DNA from: Octopus sinensis
Taxonomy: Eukaryota
Length of the DNA: 64,000 nt
Assembly: GCF_006345805.1 (NCBI RefSeq)
Contig: NC_043012.1
Location: 36,208,001 to 36,272,000, forward strand
Direction of reading: 5' to 3'
Position 1 is the first letter of the stretch; each line of letters begins with the position of its first letter. Below, piece by piece: positions 1-12,599 of the stretch. A model generated the notes under the pieces. The model ran no database searches, had not been told where the DNA came from, and worked only from the letters and a program-made list of their open reading frames with translations. The translations under genes were made by a program, and so were the position numbers.

Positions 1-413
1 TTCTTTTTACCTATATTACTCTTACTTGTTTCAGTCATTTGACTGCTGCCATGCTGGAGCACCGCCTTTAGTCGAGCAAATCGACCCCAGGACTTATTCT
101 TTGTAAGCCCAGTACTTATTCTATCAGTCTCTTTTGCTGAACCGCTAAGTTACGGGGACGTAAACACACCAGCATCGGTTGTCAAGCAATGCTAGGGGTA
201 CAAACACAGACACACAAACACACATACGCACACACGTATATACATACATACGACAGGCTTCTTTCAGTCTCCGTCTACCAAATCCACTCACAAGGCATTG
301 GTCGGCCCGAGGCTATAGCAGAAGACACTTGCCCAAGATGTCACGCAGTGGGACTGAACCCGGAACCATGTGGTTGATTAGCAAGCTACTTACCACACAG
401 CCACTCCTGTGCC
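1..413 (-). mobile_element. tRNA-derived SINE, family A (near full length)
   Basis: Reverse complement matches the + copy at 14631-15040 end to end: tRNA-like head GGAGTGGCTGTGTGGTAAG...GGTTCAGTCC, internal (TG)n, and 3' end ...CAAATGACTGAAACAAGTAA. Confidence 0.9.
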
Positions 414-1210
414 TATATTCTAATAGCTTCTTTCCTTGAAATGCTGCTCTCTGGAACTCATTGCCATCGTCTTGTTTTTCTCTTTGCTTCTCAACTGTTG
501 GGTTTTTTTGTTCGTTTGTTTTTCGTTTTTGTTTTTGTCTTTCAACTCTTGGCTGCTATTTTACTCGGGGAGGGGGCACCCCATAGCCATTCAATGTTTA
601 CAAAAAATCCCCATATATTTTTATAATGAAATATTATTAGCAGTAGTATATAAAAAAATTTGTTAAAATATTTTGCGTATTGTAGGAATTTAAGCAATTT
701 GCTGCTGATAAACTTTAGCAACAAAATCTCTTATGGACCCCAATTGAGACCCCACTGTTCTAGGCTGTAATATTCAATCTTTTAAACTTTCTCTTAATCA
801 ACATCTTTTGAATTTGTAGGCCCTTCTTTTTCTTCTTTTTAGTCCCTTACGCTGCAGTGACCTCAAACCTTTCCTGAGACAAAATCTATGAAAAAAAGAA
901 GAAAAAATTATCAACACCCTTGATTATGTAATTAAACTGTCTCAACATCCATTTAAGACGGTGGGTTTCACAAAACCAAAAAGGATCTGGTTAATTGAAT
1001 AATAATTACAAGGATAAGCCATTCATGTTGCTGCGAAAATATGTTAATTATTCCAGAAGTGTTTTTGCATGTAATGAATGAATAAGTGCATATATGCACG
1101 GGTGGGTATGAGAAATGTGTTCGGGTGGATATGCGTTAAAGAAAATACAGGCATTAACATGTGGGATTATATTCATATATATGTATTTATATATATATAT
1201 ATATTATATG

Positions 1211-1255
<45 letters not shown>

Positions 1256-1280
1256 TTATATATATATATATATATGTATT

Positions 1281-1315
<35 letters not shown>

Positions 1316-1489
1316 CACACACACATATTATATATTGTGTGTGTGCATATTGTATATGCATAACTTTCTATGCATGCATGTGTGCGTGTATGTTTGTATA
1401 TATAATATTGTGTGTGTGTGTGTGTTTATATGTACATATGCGTGCACGTAAGCATACACATATTTGCATACATACATGCACATAACACA

Positions 1490-1803
1490 CACATACATAC
1501 ATACATACATACATACATACATACATACATACATACATACATACATACATACGTATATACATACATACATACATACGTACATACATACATACATACATAC
1601 ATACATACATACATACATACATACATACATACATACATACATACATACATACATACATACATACGTACGTACATACATACATACATACATACATACATAC
1701 ATACATACATACATACATACATACATACGTACATGCATACATGCATACATACATACATACATACATACATACATACATACATACATACATACATACATAC
1801 ACA
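1490..1803. repeat. long (TACA)n microsatellite, preceded by (TA)n/(TG)n tracts at 1175-1480
   Basis: Read directly; explains the YIHT/MYVC ORFs in the track. Confidence 0.98.
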
Positions 1804-2489
1804 CATACACACGAAGTTATATACATTTCACAGAGAGGTTATGGCTTCTGGTGGGGTCAACGAACGATGCTTTACATCTCCAGCGTTTTTGACGATCACC
1901 ACCAAGCTCCACCACCAATCTTCACCACCAGCCCTGAGGCAGTCTTCCTTCCCTTTCTTTGTCTCTCTATTGTGTGTGTGTGTGTGTGTGTATGATTGTG
2001 TACATGTATGTATGTACATGCGCAAATGTATACGTGTATGTGTGTACTTATGTGAATGTATACGTGTATCTATAGTTCAGTGTGTGTGGGGTGGGGTAAA
2101 CATAAATTTTCAGACTGCAGATGTTAAAATTATTATTAGTTTCATTGAAATAAATATCTTTCAATCAATTTTACATCACGAGATTATTTTTTAATTATCA
2201 ATTTTAATGAAAATTTGTTAATTGCTTGTTATTGAGTTAAACAAATACGCCATTTTGTTCCGTTAGTTGTTTTCCCGTTTCGAAACACCCACCAGTTGCA
2301 GGGGTATCAAAGGCAGAGTGCGTCCGCCCCAGACGATTTCGGATGGGAAGCACCTTTGAGTCTGCTGTATATGTTTGAAGATCCTGGGGCGGGGACAAAC
2401 TCAAGGGCTACCACGGGCCGCACACACACACTCTAGCTATGCCAATGTCACCCTCTCTCTTTCTCTATCTGTCTGTATGTCTCTCTCTC

Positions 2490-2529
<40 letters not shown>

Positions 2530-2799
2530 ACGCACACACCATCCATCTGCCTTGTTTTCCATCTCTGTCCATCTATCTGTCCGTCTTGCTCTCCCTTTCT
2601 CTCTTTCTCCATCCATCTGTTTTGCTCTCCCGCTCTTTGTACATCTGTTTCTCTCTCCCCTCTCTCCCTCTTTTACAACCAGCTCCCCTTTACCATTCTG
2701 GTTTATAGCTTCCTCCACCAACTGATGCAAGATCATTCTTATTCCATTAATCTATTAAATTGTTTCGTTTTGGGTTTTTTTTTTCACTTAATGATTCTA

Positions 2800-3190
2800 G
2801 AGGAAGGAGTCGGGTCCATGCTCCTTGGGAATTTTTGCAGTCCTTTCTCCAAAACCGGTGGGTTCTGGGATGCCATCAATGTTCTCGTTAAGTTGCTGCA
2901 AGTCAACATCCAGAAAAGACATGAAAAGAGGTAGGATGTTTCAAGGGGGTGGATAACATTCTAGAGAGCAAGGACTGAATACTAGGTGGTTGTGCAGATC
3001 CATGAAGGAGTGTTGGTCACAACATGGGTCGTGAGAGAAGCAGGAGTGGGAGGTGTCTGAGTGAATGTGGTATGGAACTGGCGAAGTCTGAGGAACAGAG
3101 GCCAACATAGTTGCAGTAGAAAAGCCAGACAGAGAAGACTGCATGCGTGTGGACCAGGGCCAATATGTGACGGTGATGTACCAATATGTC
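2800..3190 (-). mobile_element. decayed CR1/L2-type LINE 3' fragment
   Basis: Minus translation LVHTHAVFSVWLFYCNYVGLCSSDFASSIP...DVDLQQLNENI resembles the C-terminal LxHRRxVxSLSLFYRYYxGxCSSELAS...DLQxFK region of CR1-group ORF2; frameshifted. Confidence 0.55.
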
Positions 3191-3198
3191 ATGTGGCA

Positions 3199-3238
<40 letters not shown>

Positions 3239-3289
3239 CATTCATCCATCTATCAATCCATCCATTCATCTATCCATCCATCTATCTTT

Positions 3290-3447
3290 GTTTCTCTCGT
3301 TCTTTGCGTACCCAACGTTATTTTCGTATTTCATGTTGTTTACGTTTTGTGACGTCCTGTACGCATATATGCATACCTATATACATACATATGTATGTAT
3401 GTATATGTGTGTGCGTGTATGTATATATATATATATATATATATATA
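3290..3447 (+). repeat. pyrimidine-rich repeat 3' end running into (TA)n; direct copy of 4025-4160
   Basis: TTTCTCTCGTTCTTTGCGTAC...GTATTTCATGTTGTTTACGTTTTGTGACGTCCT is shared with 4026-4093. Confidence 0.85.
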
Positions 3448-4057
3448 GTATTTGATTGAACACCACGCATCCATTTCCAAGTAAGTTTTATCTTAATATA
3501 TTTGATGCGACTCACTCACTCCTTCCACTGTTCTCTCTCTCTCTTCATTTCGTTTTCTCTGTCATCCTTTCTCTAATTCTTTTTACTTCCCTTCACCGTT
3601 TTCTCTCTCTCTCTCTTCCTCTTTTATTCGCTCTCGTTTCTCACACATGACCATCGTCCATCTTTCTTCTCCTCACGTGATCATTATTCTTTTCCGTCAG
3701 ACTGTAGTGCAGTCCAGACGCATTCCTATCTGTCTCCTCTCCTACCTTTTCTCTTATCAAAGAATCTCCTTCAAGCATTCGCCACTTTACCTCGTCTGAG
3801 CCTAACAACCTCCCTGTTTGTTTTCGTTTCATTTTGTTTGTTGTATGTCCTGTTTTTGTTCCCAACTTTGGCCCTCCTCAAATCCCAAATTTTATTTCGG
3901 TTCGCGGGAGCAACTGCTTTCAAAGTTTTATCTTGACGTTCAATGTTCGAAATAAGGAGTAGAAGGACAGCCGACAACTGATGAAGGGTCGCTTTTTTCT
4001 TGTTACTTGTCTTCTTTTCCTTTTCTTTCTCTCGTTCTTTGCGTACCAAGCGTTATT

Positions 4058-4156
4058 TCCGTATTTCATGTTGTTTACGTTTTGTGACGTCCTATACCCA
4101 TATATGCATACCTATATATATATACATATGTATATATGTACATGTGTGTATGTATA

Positions 4157-4254
<98 letters not shown>

Positions 4255-4340
4255 TATACATACACACATGTACATAATGTATATAGGTATGCATATATAG
4301 GTATAGGACGTCACAAAACGTAAACAACATGAAATACGGA
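4058..4340. repeat. inverted repeat (tail-to-tail repeat ends) centred on a (TA)n tract
   Basis: TCCGTATTTCATGTTGTTTACGTTTTGTGACGTCCTATACC at 4058 recurs as its reverse complement ending at 4340. Confidence 0.9.
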
Positions 4341-4446
4341 TATATATATCATCTATCTATCTATCTGTCCATCTTCCTGCCTGTTGGTCAGTTAGTCTTT
4401 CTGCTTGCCTGCCTGCCTCTCTCTTTCTCTCTGTCTGTCTATCTTA

Positions 4447-4449
<3 letters not shown>

Positions 4450-4520
<71 letters not shown>
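4450..4520. repeat. (CT)n microsatellite
   Basis: Read directly. Confidence 0.98.
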
Positions 4521-4523
<3 letters not shown>

Positions 4524-5344
4524 TTTTCCCTCAGAAATATTTCCAATCTGTCCTGTCATGTTTGTTGACGACAGGACACACAACATTCTACTTTCACATG
4601 GCTGTACAATTAACACATCTACTTGGCAACTTAGTGGTTTGGGGTTCAAGCCCATTGCATAGCACCTTCAGTAGATGTTTTGTTCGTTTTTTGTTGGTTT
4701 TTTTTTTTGCCTTACACCTCAGATCAATGAAAGACTTAAAGACTTATGAGAGAAATTTGGAAGACTTAAACAGATCTAGACTTATTGACTTAATCATTCC
4801 CTTACCCCATCCACTTTAACACCACCACCTGGTCCTTGAGTACCTCTACAGTTAGACTTAATCTATCAACACATGGCACACCTGGACATACCTCTATAGA
4901 TAGACACATTACACACCTGTGCATATTGCACATTTCCACACATTACATGCCTCACCACATTGCACACAATCTAACCTATATAATCTCCCATTTATGAGAT
5001 TAAATTTAATCTTTGTAAACTTCACATTTCATGCAAGATAGCTTAGCCATAACTAGCAAGCAACTAGAAATGGGACCATAGAGTTTCCATAGTCATGTTA
5101 TGTTTCATAGTGTTTCCATAGAATGCTCTGTATTATGAAGACCATAGTGTGTTCCGCACTCATAGAGGCCATAGTTTGTATTATGACACCATTGTGTTTC
5201 CATATTATGTTCTGTATTATGGAATTTGCAGTATTCCATATTACGACACTATAGAGTTCTCATAATATTTCCATACTATGGAGACCCATAGAATAAAGGA
5301 TAAAGTTTATCTACCCTGTAATAAATTGTAAGTAGGGACCAGTG

Positions 5345-5700
5345 TAAGAAGTTTATTTACCAACCATATGATTCCAGGTCCAGTCCCAATGCAAGTAGAT
5401 TTGATAGGTGGAAACTGTAAGAAACCTGTTGCATATATATATATATATTTAAATACTGTTAAATACTGTTGGATTTTTCTCATAAGGTATTGGAATCTTA
5501 CATATATACCATTCTGCCTAAAAAATGGATCTACAAATTCAATGTGTGTGTGTGTGTATGTGTTTGTCCCCCCAACCATCGGCAAAAGAGACAGATAGAA
5601 TAAGTTCTAGATTTTCAAAGAATAAGTCCTGGGATCGATGTGTTCAACTAAAGGCAGTGCTTCAGCATGGCCACAGTCAAATGACTGAAACAAATAAAAG
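5345..5700 (+). mobile_element. degenerate SINE family A copy
   Basis: CCAACCATATGATTCCAGGTCCAGTCCCA head and GGCAAAAGAGACAGATAGAATAAG...CAAATGACTGAAACAAATAAAAG tail. Confidence 0.75.
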
Positions 5701-5785
5701 AATATATATACACATATACTCACCATGTTGGACCACTGAACTCAATATGTTTTTCCATTCTCTCTCTATTTATTTCCTTGTGTTC

Positions 5786-5821
5786 CTTTCTGTTGAAGAG
5801 CGTAGGCTCGAAACATAAAAG
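5786..5821 (+). ncRNA. variant minimal hammerhead ribozyme motif in a repeat 3' end
   Basis: CUUU-CUGUUGA-A-GAGC(GUAG)GCUC-GAA-ACAU-A-AAAG: stems I and II pair; core has A6>U relative to CUGANGA. Confidence 0.5.
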
Positions 5822-8800
5822 ACTTTCTCACTTTCCCGAGCGTCAAACTAATACACACCTGCTTGTCGTTCATACACCTGTCTTAATCTTTGTTTTTCTA
5901 TAAATCTGAACTATGTATATATATATATATATATACACACATACACATGTGTGTGTATATCTTTGTTCTCCAACACTGCTTGACAACCAGCCTTGGTGAG
6001 TTTACTTCCCTGTAACTTAGCAGTTTGGCAAAAGAGACCAATAGAATAAGTACTAGGCTTGAAAAAAAATGTCTTGGAGTCACTTCATTCAACTAAAAAT
6101 TCATCAAGGTGGTGCCCCAGCATGGCCACGGTCTAATGAATGAAACAAGTAAAAATTTTTTTTAAATAGATCGAAATTTTCTATTTCTGATTGTCAGCGA
6201 CAGTAAAACACTTGCCATATGGAAGTCCATACAACCATGGTTGCAGAGTGGCACAGTCCACCTAGTCACAAATACATACCATGTGAATATTAAGTTTACC
6301 TTGTTATGTAGGTACCATTAATAGATAAAGCTTAGCTTAAAACTATTAATATGCAGAGATATAGTCTACTTAACTGTATATAGGTACCACACTCAGACAC
6401 AATCCACCTAGTATATATATGTACCATAGTTGCATATAGGTACCACACTGTATATACAATTAGCTGTATTTACAGCATAGTCCACTTAGCTGTATATAGG
6501 TACCATACAGTAGGTACTATGCAGAGGGTACTGGCCACCTTGCTGTATACAAGTACCACACAGATACAGTATATAGGCATTATAACTGTATATAGATACA
6601 TAGGCTTAGAACAGCGGGTGCAGGGCAAGTGCACCCGCTAAACGTTTTAGTGGGAGTGGCCAATGAAAATGCTTTGAACATCCTGGGCTAGATCTGGGTT
6701 TGCACTCCCTAAACAAATTTTGTTCCCACATTTATGTAAAGGTGCCATGAGTAGGTACAGTTCGCCCTCAATATAGCAAATACTCCTCTAATTAAACTGG
6801 CCCTCTAATTAAGGACCAGAAAATGCTACAGCTCCCGACACTTATTAGCCTTATACAAGCACATATAAGGCCCACAACAGAGTACTTCCCCCAAATATGG
6901 AACAATGGTGCTACTACTACACATACAGACATCCTGAACCACAGCCAAGAAATAAGCTTCCCAACCAACTGGTATGAAGCCATTCCCCAATACCCTCCTG
7001 GTGTAGGGACTTGAATTCAGCACTGTTATATACCAAAACACTTGTTAATTACAAGATGCTCCCACTCCTTACAGCAATAAGCCAGCTGTAGGATGGAGTC
7101 ATAAGATAAATATCTATAGCAGTCTTGACTTCTTCAACCTCCTCCTCTTCATCATCAACTTCTTCTTCATCATCATCATCAGCTAAATACATTTCTCTGC
7201 ATATTCACTGTACACTACCAGGTTAGCAGGAGTACAAAGTTTTGGTATTAAGGGTTCACAGGAACAGAACAGGTATTGTAAAGTTTGAAGCTGTGTTACA
7301 ATCATACACGGTGACATCAGATGAGAGGTAAAGCCATTTCCTGAGTGCCACCTTGGCTCTGAGATACGTTGGGTTAGCAAGAGTTATGCATCTTCAATAT
7401 GATTTGACTTATAACAGTTGTATTCATTAATTAACATCTTTTACACACACACACACACCTACTCGTGTGTGCATACACATATTTATCCTCGTTTTAATGT
7501 CTGCTTTCCATGCTTGCATGGGTCAGAATTTACTGAGGCAGATTTTCTACAGCTGGATGTCCTTCCTGTTGCCAACCCTTACCTGTTTCCAGACAAGGTA
7601 ATATTTCCCCATGGTGAGACATGTTCTCGTAGATCATTAGAAATGAATGACACCGCTTGTATGACAGTGACACTCATTTACGACTAAGTCAAGTAGACCA
7701 GACATACACACACATACATACACGCATACACACACACATGCACGCATATACATACATACATGCAGCAGGCTTCTTTCTGTTTCCCCAACCAAACCCACTT
7801 TGGTCGGCCCAGCGTTTAAGTAAGAGACGCCCAATGTGCCATGCGTTAGTACTGAATCCAGAACCATGTGGCGGCTATCCATCCATACATACACACATAT
7901 ACTTTGTGTGTGTGTGTGTGTGTGTGTGTGACTGTCACTTCAATATCGTCGTTTGAAAATTTTTCTAAAAATAGAATGGTAATTAATTTTTTTTTTCTTT
8001 AAATTCTGTTCCATGAAGTTGAAAATAACATAAAAATTGACATTTAAAAAAAAAATAATAATTAAGGCACCTTTAACAAGCTAATTAATGAGGTCATTAT
8101 TGATGATGGTCTCGAATTTCAGTCGTCGTAGCTGTAGCAAGGTACCATTTCACATAAAAGCCATCACACCTCAACTATTTAATGAGCCTCAGCAGATGTC
8201 GAACCACCTTTCAGAGCGGACCACCTTGAGTGTTCACTCCAATTTTATTCATCACAAATATAAAACTTTACAATTTGTCGGCCTGCTTTTTCTAAGTGAG
8301 AAAAGTGCAGCTGCCCTCTAAGCGGTTATTAGCTATTTTCCTTGCTTCGTATGCTAAGTCTCAAAATATAGCCAACAGAGTCACAGCTGAGGCTCTCAGC
8401 AGAGTTTAGGTATTACTTGATATTATTTCATAGAAGAGAAGATGGGAACAAAACGCCAGCAGTTGCAGAAAATTGCGTAAGTAATGGAAGAAGCGATTCT
8501 AGGCAAGTCTCTCATTGAAAAGTTGTATTTGGAAAATTTAACGAAACGAAGTACATCTGGTTAAATTGCCAGATGAAGTGAAACAATCTCTTTGTTTCAC
8601 AAACAGCGTTTATTTTTATTATTAAAAAATAATAATTAAGAAATTCCTGTTTTTATTAATCAGTTTACAATATTTCTTCTTTTTTTTTTCATTTCCGTGA
8701 AACACTTGTCAAATTCTAACACCCGTTATTGTTTCTTCATTTTTCATTGAACCGGTTTATGTGATATTACAATATAAAAATTATAATAATAATGTTGAAC

Positions 8801-9139
8801 TTATTATATATATATAAAAACAGACTTTTAATAACATTTCATATATAAATATTATCTCGGTTTGTTTACAATAAAAAAAAAATAACAACTAAGAGAGATT
8901 TACATTTCTTTGTGAATGGTACCATCACATACAGACCGACACGGATAATTATCTTACATTAATTAATACCAGACTTTAATAAAAGCTCCCTCATATTAAC
9001 CAATCATTAGGTTTTTAGTTAGGAAAGCCGCATGTCTATCATTATTAGATACTTTTAGTATTTTTATTGTTATTGTTTATACATACATACATACACATAT
9101 ATATATATATGTATGTATAGTGATGCAGAATCCGACTTA

Positions 9140-9288
9140 GCCATTCCGTAGTTTAGATAAACTGTCTGTAGAACGGAATTCGTAATATGGCGGCTACTTA
9201 TTACAGATCGCTTTTAACGTCTCCTAGTAAATCTATCCTAACCTTTATGATAAAAAGTATAAAACTGAACTAAATCCCTCTCTCAAAG
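9140..9288 (+). promoter_or_regulatory. candidate housekeeping promoter / first exon
   Basis: YY1-like AATATGGCGGC (9184-9194), inverted ATTCCGT/ACGGAAT pair (9143-9149, 9173-9179), locally CpG-richer unique DNA, donor AAG|GTAACT after 9288. ATG 9187 opens only a 28-aa ORF. Confidence 0.4.
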
Positions 9289-9945
9289 GTAACTTCATAT
9301 TTATTTCACTCGTAGAAATATAAATGTTGTCTATTTTCTATTTAATCATCAGCCGTTTTCAGTTGCTATGTTGATGTGTTTGAAAAAAAAAAAAAAAAAA
9401 CTGTCTCTAAATTGAAAAGCTTTTGTATAAAAACCATTAAATATGTCATAAAGAAAGCCGAATATTTACAATTTATATACATTTATGATAATATTATACA
9501 CACATGTGTGCATATATGTGTGTGGATGCGAACGAAGAGGCTGGGATGTGTGCGAGAAGACGAAGGTGTTTTGGTGTGAATGGTTTTCGGGGTAGGTGTA
9601 CTTAAAAAAAAAACAAATATGTCTTGGTGTTGTGGAAGAAGAGTATTTCTGATGGTGTGTCTCTGCTTAAAAATACTAATCCTTTCTGTGTGGCGGCTCG
9701 AGGCTGGCCAGGGTAATTCGTGGTCTACTTCTGCTCTTGTCATAATAGTTTCTTTCCAACGTCTTTCTCCACATTTTCAAACAGGACGTGACGTAAACTC
9801 CAAGCTTTCCCATTCTTCTCCCATACTGGAACACTCCACACTTTTCTTTTAGTATTTTCACCCAGAAACAAATCGATCCGAGTTGTTGATACACACTTCT
9901 CTCTCTCCATTATCCTCCATCCGTCTCACTCCGAGTATGTGTGTC

Positions 9946-9977
<32 letters not shown>

Positions 9978-10144
9978 CACAAATTATATGTATTTAAACA
10001 TGTGCACACAATAAAATTATATTTGTGTGTGTGTATATATATATATACATACATGCGCAAATTAATATACAAATTGTGTGTATATAGACGTTTAATTTGT
10101 GTATGCGTATAAACATTTAATCGAAAAACTTAGATACAATTTAC

Positions 10145-10186
<42 letters not shown>

Positions 10187-10270
10187 ATATGTATATATAT
10201 ATGTGTGTGTATATGTATATATATATGTGTGTGTATATGTATATATATATATATTATATGTGTGTGTATG

Positions 10271-10301
<31 letters not shown>

Positions 10302-10303
10302 AT

Positions 10304-10334
<31 letters not shown>

Positions 10335-11525
10335 ATGTGCATAAAATGCATGTGTAAATATTACCACCACATATATACATGTATACAAATAAAATGAGCG
10401 CGTGTGTGTATATATATATAATGCTTCTTTTCCGGGTATATAATACACTGACGATATGTATGTATAGTAAACCGGATTATTTCCTCATACCTAAACGTGC
10501 CGTTAAGTCATTTTTTATATTTGTGTGTATATATATAACAGCTGGAGTTTCCATGCACGAATTGCTTTTGTTTTAACCAATTCTTGGGATAAAAATATTT
10601 ACCATGCTTTCATTCATAGATTCGTAACCACGCCATTTCGTTTTATATATACATATATATATATATGCATGCACACATACACGCAATCTTTTAGCTCTTG
10701 TCCCATTTTACTTTCTCTCCACCCCATATTTCACTTACACTAGCACACACATATATATATACCCACATACATACACACACACACAGGCGAGAGAGAAAAA
10801 GAAGTTCTAAGTGTATTTTGTTCGGTTAAATTTTTAAGGTCATTTGGCTTATATATTTTTGTGTGAGTGTTTATTGTGCTGGGGTGGCTACCATCAATAA
10901 AAGATACAGACTCTGCGATGCACTATGCATGATATTCTAGTCAGTGTGTGTGTTTTTGTGTATGTATATATATATGTATACACACATACGTATATACATG
11001 GAAAGAAAAGGCCGTGACCCGTAATAAACCTGTAGAACCACTTGGTTGAGATATCTGACCTCGTTTTTCTTTTACTTCTCCTGGGACACCCTGATACCGA
11101 AGCCAAAATATTGTTTCTGCTTATCAAATATTCGATAATCTATGTCTCTTCTAGAAGATTCCTTCTGCCCTAGTTATTATATAGTCTCCTCTTGTCACAC
11201 TTTTTTTTCTCGTGGTTGCACGGAATAACGAAAACAAAACAGCGTTTGGACTCGGAAACCCGAACACCATGTGTCCAAGATATTCCTGTTTTGACATCCA
11301 TTACGCAGAGAGACGCGTATATGCGTACATAGATACACACACGCGTATGTGCGGATGTATGTATGTATGTATGCACCCACATGTGTGCATATAAATATAT
11401 ACTTGTATATTATATACATACATATATGTATGTGTGTGTGTGTACATATATGTATGTGTGTGTGTGTATATATATGTACATGTATGTACACGTGTGTGTA
11501 TATGTAGACGTAATTACGTGTGTGA

Positions 11526-11564
<39 letters not shown>

Positions 11565-11633
11565 CATACACGTACACACCTGTGTGTATTTGTAGATACG
11601 TACTTGGATGGTTGTATACATATGCACGTGTAC

Positions 11634-11685
<52 letters not shown>

Positions 11686-11914
11686 GTTCATATACGTATG
11701 TATGTACATTTAGATGTATTTATATGCATGTATGTATATTTTAAGATTTATACACATATGCACGTATATGAAGACTAATTTGGCCTTGTGAAAGTGTTAC
11801 CTTGCTTGGAAAGGAGTGAGGGTTGGCAACAGGGAAACAATCTGCCCCAACAAATTCCATTTGATCCAGCCAAGCATGGAAATGTCTATCTTAAATGATG
11901 ATGATGATATATAC

Positions 11915-12235
11915 CATTGAGAGAGTAGTACATGTCATCAGAGTGCCCACCCGTCTGATAAGGGTGAACCAGGTACATGCAACACAACCATATGTGTGTG
12001 ACATGGTGATCTCACCAAGATAAACAGCATGTGACCTTGAAAGCGGGACCCAGTTAAAATTTTCTTCAGGTCAAGTATCCCATTCAAAATGTCCCTGACT
12101 AGGGGTTGTTTAAGGATGATGAATGAAACGCCCATGTTTCCAGAGTTGAATTATTATTCAAACCCCAAAGAATCCCTTCCAACACATAGCTATGGTCCCC
12201 CCCCCAATACTCCTGCTCCTGATCAGAGATATCAA
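11915..12235 (+). repeat. interspersed repeat, second copy at 25775-26060
   Basis: Shared GTCTGATAAGGGT..ACCAGG.ACATGC..CACAACCATA...CCCAGTTA.AATTTTCTTCAGGT...CCATGTTTCCAGAG. Confidence 0.8.
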
Positions 12236-12272
12236 TGTGTGTGTATGTATATATATATATATATATATAATA

Positions 12273-12570
12273 TATATATTAGAAGAAATGAGGTACTAAG
12301 AAGATCGGATGGTTTATATTTACAGATATTTATTTGTATATTACATTTTTTTATACATCATATAACTTAGATCATTAGCGCTTTCTCCCATTCTAGTGTG
12401 GTTTTCAAATCAAACTTCAAATGGGAGAAAGCGCTAATGATCTAAGTGATATATAAAAAATGTAATATACAAATAAATATCTGTAAATATAAACCATCCG
12501 ATTTTCTGAGTACCTCATTTCTTCTAATATATAATACCTGTACATCATCTCCAAACCTTCCAATATATAT
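12273..12570 (+). mobile_element. fold-back element with Penelope-like architecture
   Basis: About 115-bp inverted arms (12273-12392 and 12420-12533), 27-nt spacer, about 35-nt unpaired 3' tail, TA tracts on both sides. Confidence 0.7.
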
Positions 12571-12599
12571 AGTACAGACGCATGGCTTTGTGGTTAAGG

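Noticed and set aside
1078-2194. Long ORFs of 130-260 aa (YIHT/MYVC repeats), and similar ORFs at 3981-4330, 10099-10448, 11195-11709 and 18090-19057
   Set aside because: Translations of (TACA)n, (TA)n and (TG)n microsatellites that lack stop codons by composition.
7040-7190. Acidic minus-strand ORF MYLADDDDEEEVDDEEEEVEEVK...
   Set aside because: Driven by (CAT)/(CTT)/(CCT) triplet repeats; short, with no homology or splice support.
9483-9743. 86-aa minus ORF MTRAEVDHELPW... as a divergent gene
   Set aside because: No recognisable domain or good donor, and it ends in microsatellite sequence; not supportable from sequence alone.
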